The notes beneath the pieces are model-generated. The model saw only the letters and a program-made list of their open reading frames with translations, was not told the origin of the DNA and searched no databases. A DNA stretch of 64,000 nucleotides from an uncultured Chloroflexia bacterium (GTDB lineage: Bacteria; Chloroflexota; UBA6077; JACCZL01). Made by a program: the position numbers and the translations under genes. Of this stretch, positions 60,595-64,000 are shown piece by piece; position 1 is the first letter of the stretch; each line of letters starts with the position of its first letter. The stretch covers positions 224,001 to 288,000 of the forward strand of contig CAVXYC010000010.1 in the NCBI GenBank assembly GCA_963765765.1. Direction: 5' to 3'.

Positions 60595-61614
60595 CTACCG
60601 AGGCATTAAGGCAGTCTCGAGGTCGCTCAGAAACTTCTCCACCCGCTGCACAACACCGTCCTCGTACCCCGGCGTCACTTCAATCCACTCGAACTCAGGC
60701 TGGCGCCTCAGCCAGATGTATTGGCGACGAATATACGCATGGACGGAGAACTTCGCTCGCTGAACTGCCTCCTCGAGTGTCAGCTCTCCCCGCAGGGCAG
60801 CGGCGAGCTCGCGGTAGCCGCTGGACGACATGGGCGGACTCGCCATCCCCAGGCCTCGGTTCACCAGTCCTCGCACCTCTTCTAACCAGCCATTGGCCAT
60901 CATGGTGTCTACTCGGCGATCGACGATCTCATAGAGCCGCTGGCGATCCATCGTAAGCGCCAGACGGAGAGCCGGCGCCGGCGCCAATTTCGATCGGCTC
61001 TGCTCTGAAAATGGCTGACCTGTGTGGATCACCACCTCCAAGGCCCGTATCACTCGACGGACATTGGTCGCTGGGATCCGCTTCGCGGCAAGCGGGTCGC
61101 GCTGAGCCAGCCGAACGTGCAGTGCTTCTGCGCCCTCGCGGGCAGCCTCGGCCTCGAGTCGGTGTCGTAGGTCCCAGTCTGGCTCCACACGCGGCACCGA
61201 GAAATGCTCACTGAGCGCCTGTACATAGTGCCCCGTCCCGCCGACGATGAGCGCGACCTTTTCTCGTTCGCGGATCGACTTCAGCGCGAGCCGACCGAGC
61301 TCCTGGAACTGGACGACGGTGAAAACATCTGAAGGTCCCACGATATCGATGAGATGATGAACAGCCCTCTGGCGCTCATCCGGCGAAACCTTGGCAGTGC
61401 CGATATCGAGATCGCGATAGACCTGTCTGGAGTCGGCCGAGATTATCTCAACTGGGAACGTTTCCGCTAGTCGCAAGCTGAGCGCCGTCTTTCCAACGCC
61501 TGTTGGTCCAGCGATCACGACGGTCGGTGGCAGCAGCTCCGAGACGCGGTCTTCGGGGAGCGGTGAGCGCTGAGCCGCTTGATATACTCGCTCCGCGATG
61601 GCTGATCTGGACAC
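60595..61614 (-). CDS. miaA: tRNA dimethylallyltransferase (true start uncertain, probably near 61540)
   Basis: IAGPTGVGKT, ISADSRQVY, DIGTAK, VGGTGHY, RRVIRALEV, YIRRQ. Confidence 0.92.
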   Translation of the reverse strand: MSRSAIAERVYQAAQRSPLPEDRVSELLPPTVVIAGPTGVGKTALSLRLAETFPVEIISADSRQVYRDLDIGTAKVSPDERQRAVHHLIDIVGPSDVFTVVQFQELGRLALKSIREREKVALIVGGTGHYVQALSEHFSVPRVEPDWDLRHRLEAEAAREGAEALHVRLAQRDPLAAKRIPATNVRRVIRALEVVIHTGQPFSEQSRSKLAPAPALRLALTMDRQRLYEIVDRRVDTMMANGWLEEVRGLVNRGLGMASPPMSSSGYRELAAALRGELTLEEAVQRAKFSVHAYIRRQYIWLRRQPEFEWIEVTPGYEDGVVQRVEKFLSDLETALMPR

Positions 61615-62632
61615 GGTGCTGCGTGACTACTCCGATCGTTTGGACCGCTGGCTCAAGGAAGTACTCCCCGAGCCGATACCGGCCACCGAGCGATTCTACG
61701 AGATGATTCGCTACCACCTTGGCTGGATCGACGAGCATGGCCAGCCGAGCTCATCGGCGTCAGCAATGGGCAAGCGCATTCGCCCAGCGCTGGCATTGCT
61801 CGCCTGTGAGTCGTTGGGCGGTAAGATCGAGGACGCCCGCGGCGCTGCCGCGGCCATTGAGCTGGTCCACAACTTTTCATTGGTCCACGATGACATCCAG
61901 GACCATAGCCTCACGCGTCGACACCGACCTACCGTCTGGCAGCGCTGGGGCGCTGAGCAGGCGATCAATGTAGGCGACCACATCTTCACACTCGCCCAGC
62001 TTGCCCTTGGGCAGCTCAGTCCTGACGAGCCCGCAAGAATCGTCACGGCGCAGCAGGAGCTCAACAGAACCTGCGTGTTGCTGGTGGAAGGGCAGTACAT
62101 CGACTTGGCTCTGGCAGACGCCACGCAATGCACCCAGGCGGATTACTTCGCAATGATCGAGCGCAAGACCGCCGCGCTGATCGCCGCGGCATGCCGTCTC
62201 GGCGCATTGTTCGGCGGCGCATCGTCAGACGTCCAGGACGCATTCGCCGCGTTTGGCCGAGAGCTCGGCGTCGCGTTTCAGCTCCAGGATGACGTCCTCG
62301 GTGTCTGGGGCACCGACGCAACGGGGAAGTCGGCCGATGCCGACATCCTGGAGAGGAAGAAGGCGATCCCGGCCGTACTGGCTCTCAGAATGGAAGCACC
62401 GGAGGCAGCCCGACTCCGTGAGCTCTATAGCGACTCCGCGCCGCTCTCCGGGTTGGAGGTCGTAGAGATCCGCGACCTCCTTACGGGGCTGCAAGTACGC
62501 TCAACCGCCGAGGCGATGGCCGGCCAGCACTACGAGGCGGCTCTGAAGGCGCTAGATCATACAGGTGCCCGCGGCGAGGCTCGGTCGAGTATCGAGGCCC
62601 TGTGCGCCTCGCTGCTCAACCGCGAATTCTAG
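61598..62632 (+). CDS. Polyprenyl diphosphate synthase (GGPP/IdsA-like)
   Basis: GKRIRP, FSLVHDDIQD (first Asp-rich motif), RR, KT, FQLQDDVLG. Confidence 0.92.
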   Translation: MADLDTVLRDYSDRLDRWLKEVLPEPIPATERFYEMIRYHLGWIDEHGQPSSSASAMGKRIRPALALLACESLGGKIEDARGAAAAIELVHNFSLVHDDIQDHSLTRRHRPTVWQRWGAEQAINVGDHIFTLAQLALGQLSPDEPARIVTAQQELNRTCVLLVEGQYIDLALADATQCTQADYFAMIERKTAALIAAACRLGALFGGASSDVQDAFAAFGRELGVAFQLQDDVLGVWGTDATGKSADADILERKKAIPAVLALRMEAPEAARLRELYSDSAPLSGLEVVEIRDLLTGLQVRSTAEAMAGQHYEAALKALDHTGARGEARSSIEALCASLLNREF

Positions 62633-62634
62633 AC

Positions 62635-62671
62635 GGCATGTAGTGAGCGCTGAAAGCGCTCACTACATGCC
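62635..62671. repeat. Perfect 17-bp hairpin containing GTAG (REP-like, possible terminator) between convergent genes
   Basis: GGCATGTAGTGAGCGCT-GAA-AGCGCTCACTACATGCC. Confidence 0.75.
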
Positions 62672-62676
62672 TTGGC

Positions 62677-63816
62677 TCAGTCCCACCCGGCGAGTAGTCG
62701 TGCGATCACTTCATTCGTCACGAAGACCCAGTCGCGCGTGATCCGAAGATGATCCCCGATCTCCTCTAAAACCCCGTCGTTCAGTAGCGCCTGAAGCTCA
62801 TTGCCAAGCACGTTTTCAATCGACCGATCAAACCGCGACTGAAATTCGCTGCGCGAGAGTCCCCGACGTAGACGGAGCTGCAGGCTGACGAAATCCACGA
62901 GGCGAGTTTCCTCATCCGTGACTTCGTCCTCGATCAACACCCGGTCACCTAGAGCAACCGAGTCCATGTATCGGTCAGGACTCGGATGATTCTTCCAGCG
63001 ACGGCCTTCGTATGAACCTGCCGCGCCGGAACCAAACGCCAGGTATGGCTGGTCCAGCCAATACGTCAGATTATGTCGAGATGCGCGTCCGGGCAACGCC
63101 CAGTTTGAGATCTCGTAATGTTCAAAACCCGCGGCTTTGAGGCATTCCATTGTGTGCCGATACTGCATTTCCGCCTGCTCATCCGCGGGCAACGTGAGCC
63201 GACCCGCGAGTACGTCTCGTCCCATCGGTACCCTCTCGTCCACCGTGAGCAGGTAACACGATAGATGATCCGGCTCGAGCTCGAGCGCGGAATCGAGCGT
63301 GCGATCCCAGGCATCAGCCGTCATGCCCGGTAAGCCGTACATGAGGTCCAGGCTGGCATTCTGGATACCGCCAGCGCGGATGATCCGAAACGCTTCTCGC
63401 GCCTCGTCTGCGTCGTGTCGACGACCGAGCATCTCAAGAACGGGATCGTCGAAGCTCTGAACGCCCAGGCTCATCCGATTCACACCGGCCGCGAGGTATC
63501 CCTCGACGAGCTGCACCGTTAGATCACCCGGATTGGCCTCGAGCGTGATCTCAGCATCGCCGCTCAGTCCGACCGACTCTCGGCATGCCGAGAGAATGGA
63601 TCCAACCTGCTCTGCCGTCAGAAGACTTGGCGTTCCGCCACCGAAAAAGATACTGTGCGCGGTTCGTGGATGCGCCCGACGGATATCACTGACCAACGTA
63701 TCAACGTAGCGCGGAATCCGCTCGAAGCCGTACGCCTGTCGATCGAAGTCGCAATACGGACAGATCGATTTGCAGAACGGGATGTGAATGTAAATACCGA
63801 TTGTGCGATCCGTCAT
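62677..63816 (-). CDS. hemW: Radical SAM heme chaperone HemW
   Basis: YIHIPFCKSICPYCDF, FFGGGTPS, EANP, YEISNW, HNLTYW. Confidence 0.9.
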   Translation of the reverse strand: MTDRTIGIYIHIPFCKSICPYCDFDRQAYGFERIPRYVDTLVSDIRRAHPRTAHSIFFGGGTPSLLTAEQVGSILSACRESVGLSGDAEITLEANPGDLTVQLVEGYLAAGVNRMSLGVQSFDDPVLEMLGRRHDADEAREAFRIIRAGGIQNASLDLMYGLPGMTADAWDRTLDSALELEPDHLSCYLLTVDERVPMGRDVLAGRLTLPADEQAEMQYRHTMECLKAAGFEHYEISNWALPGRASRHNLTYWLDQPYLAFGSGAAGSYEGRRWKNHPSPDRYMDSVALGDRVLIEDEVTDEETRLVDFVSLQLRLRRGLSRSEFQSRFDRSIENVLGNELQALLNDGVLEEIGDHLRITRDWVFVTNEVIARLLAGWD

Positions 63817-63928
63817 GGCTCGGAGAAATGATACGTGCTGTGCAATGCGGCCATGGAACTTAGGCCACTGTGCCGCATACTTCCGGGAAATTCAGTGACC
63901 CGACTGTGCCCCGAGCGTCTGACAAGTT

Positions 63929-64000
63929 CCGTAGCCCCGGGCATCCTACCCGCACGCGAAGCGCCGATTCTCAACTGACCCGTAGCCCTGGGCATTCCGC
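63929..64000 (+). repeat. Two direct GTAG-type repeat units, truncated by the window end
   Basis: CCGTAGCCCCGGGCATCC (63929) and CCGTAGCCCTGGGCATTC (63980), period 51 nt. Confidence 0.55.

Noticed and set aside
61540-61614. Genuine head-to-head coding overlap of miaA and the polyprenyl synthase
   Set aside because: MiaA homology starts only near 61530 and the extension covers the neighbour's -10 box, so the ORF-track start is probably too far upstream.
63929-64000. CRISPR array
   Set aside because: Only two imperfect units with a 51-nt period and a GTAG REP-like sequence; no cas genes in the window.

Overview
A GC-rich bacterial chromosome segment, most likely Chloroflexota (inferred from the DUF2298/TIGR03663-type gene cluster, the GER- tmRNA tag and lipoproteins with Pro/Thr/Ala linkers). 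At least 15 genes, including rpsR, smpB and mutS, carry 1-2 nt indels, mostly in G/C runs. This points to uncorrected long-read errors rather than true pseudogenes. Layout: (1) 1-15.2 kb is a catabolic/uptake island with a bicupin, three paralogous solute-binding lipoproteins, two AfuBC/FbpBC-type ABC permease+ATPase sets, an amidohydrolase, a triple-domain Rid protein, two GlcG/HbpS proteins and a 184-bp MITE with 9-bp target duplication. (2) 15.3-24.7 kb is housekeeping: PrsA-like PPIase, rpsF-ssb-rpsR, a Mo-oxidoreductase, glcD/glcF and a thiolase. (3) 25.1-44.2 kb is a ~19-kb co-directional surface-glycosylation locus with five GT-C-like modules, three flippase-like proteins, an epimerase, a GT4, a methyltransferase and UDP-Glc dehydrogenase. 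(4) mutS-mutL-mug, tmRNA, smpB and ctpA follow. (5) A single Xer-type tyrosine recombinase has a dif-like 11-6-11 site ~90 bp upstream. (6) The window ends with GSDH, an SH3-containing MptB-like GT-C, Glu dehydrogenase, cytochrome c, dapL, miaA, polyprenyl synthase and hemW. Many intergenic gaps hold unrelated REP-like palindromes. All protein calls come from motif recognition by eye; no database search was run.
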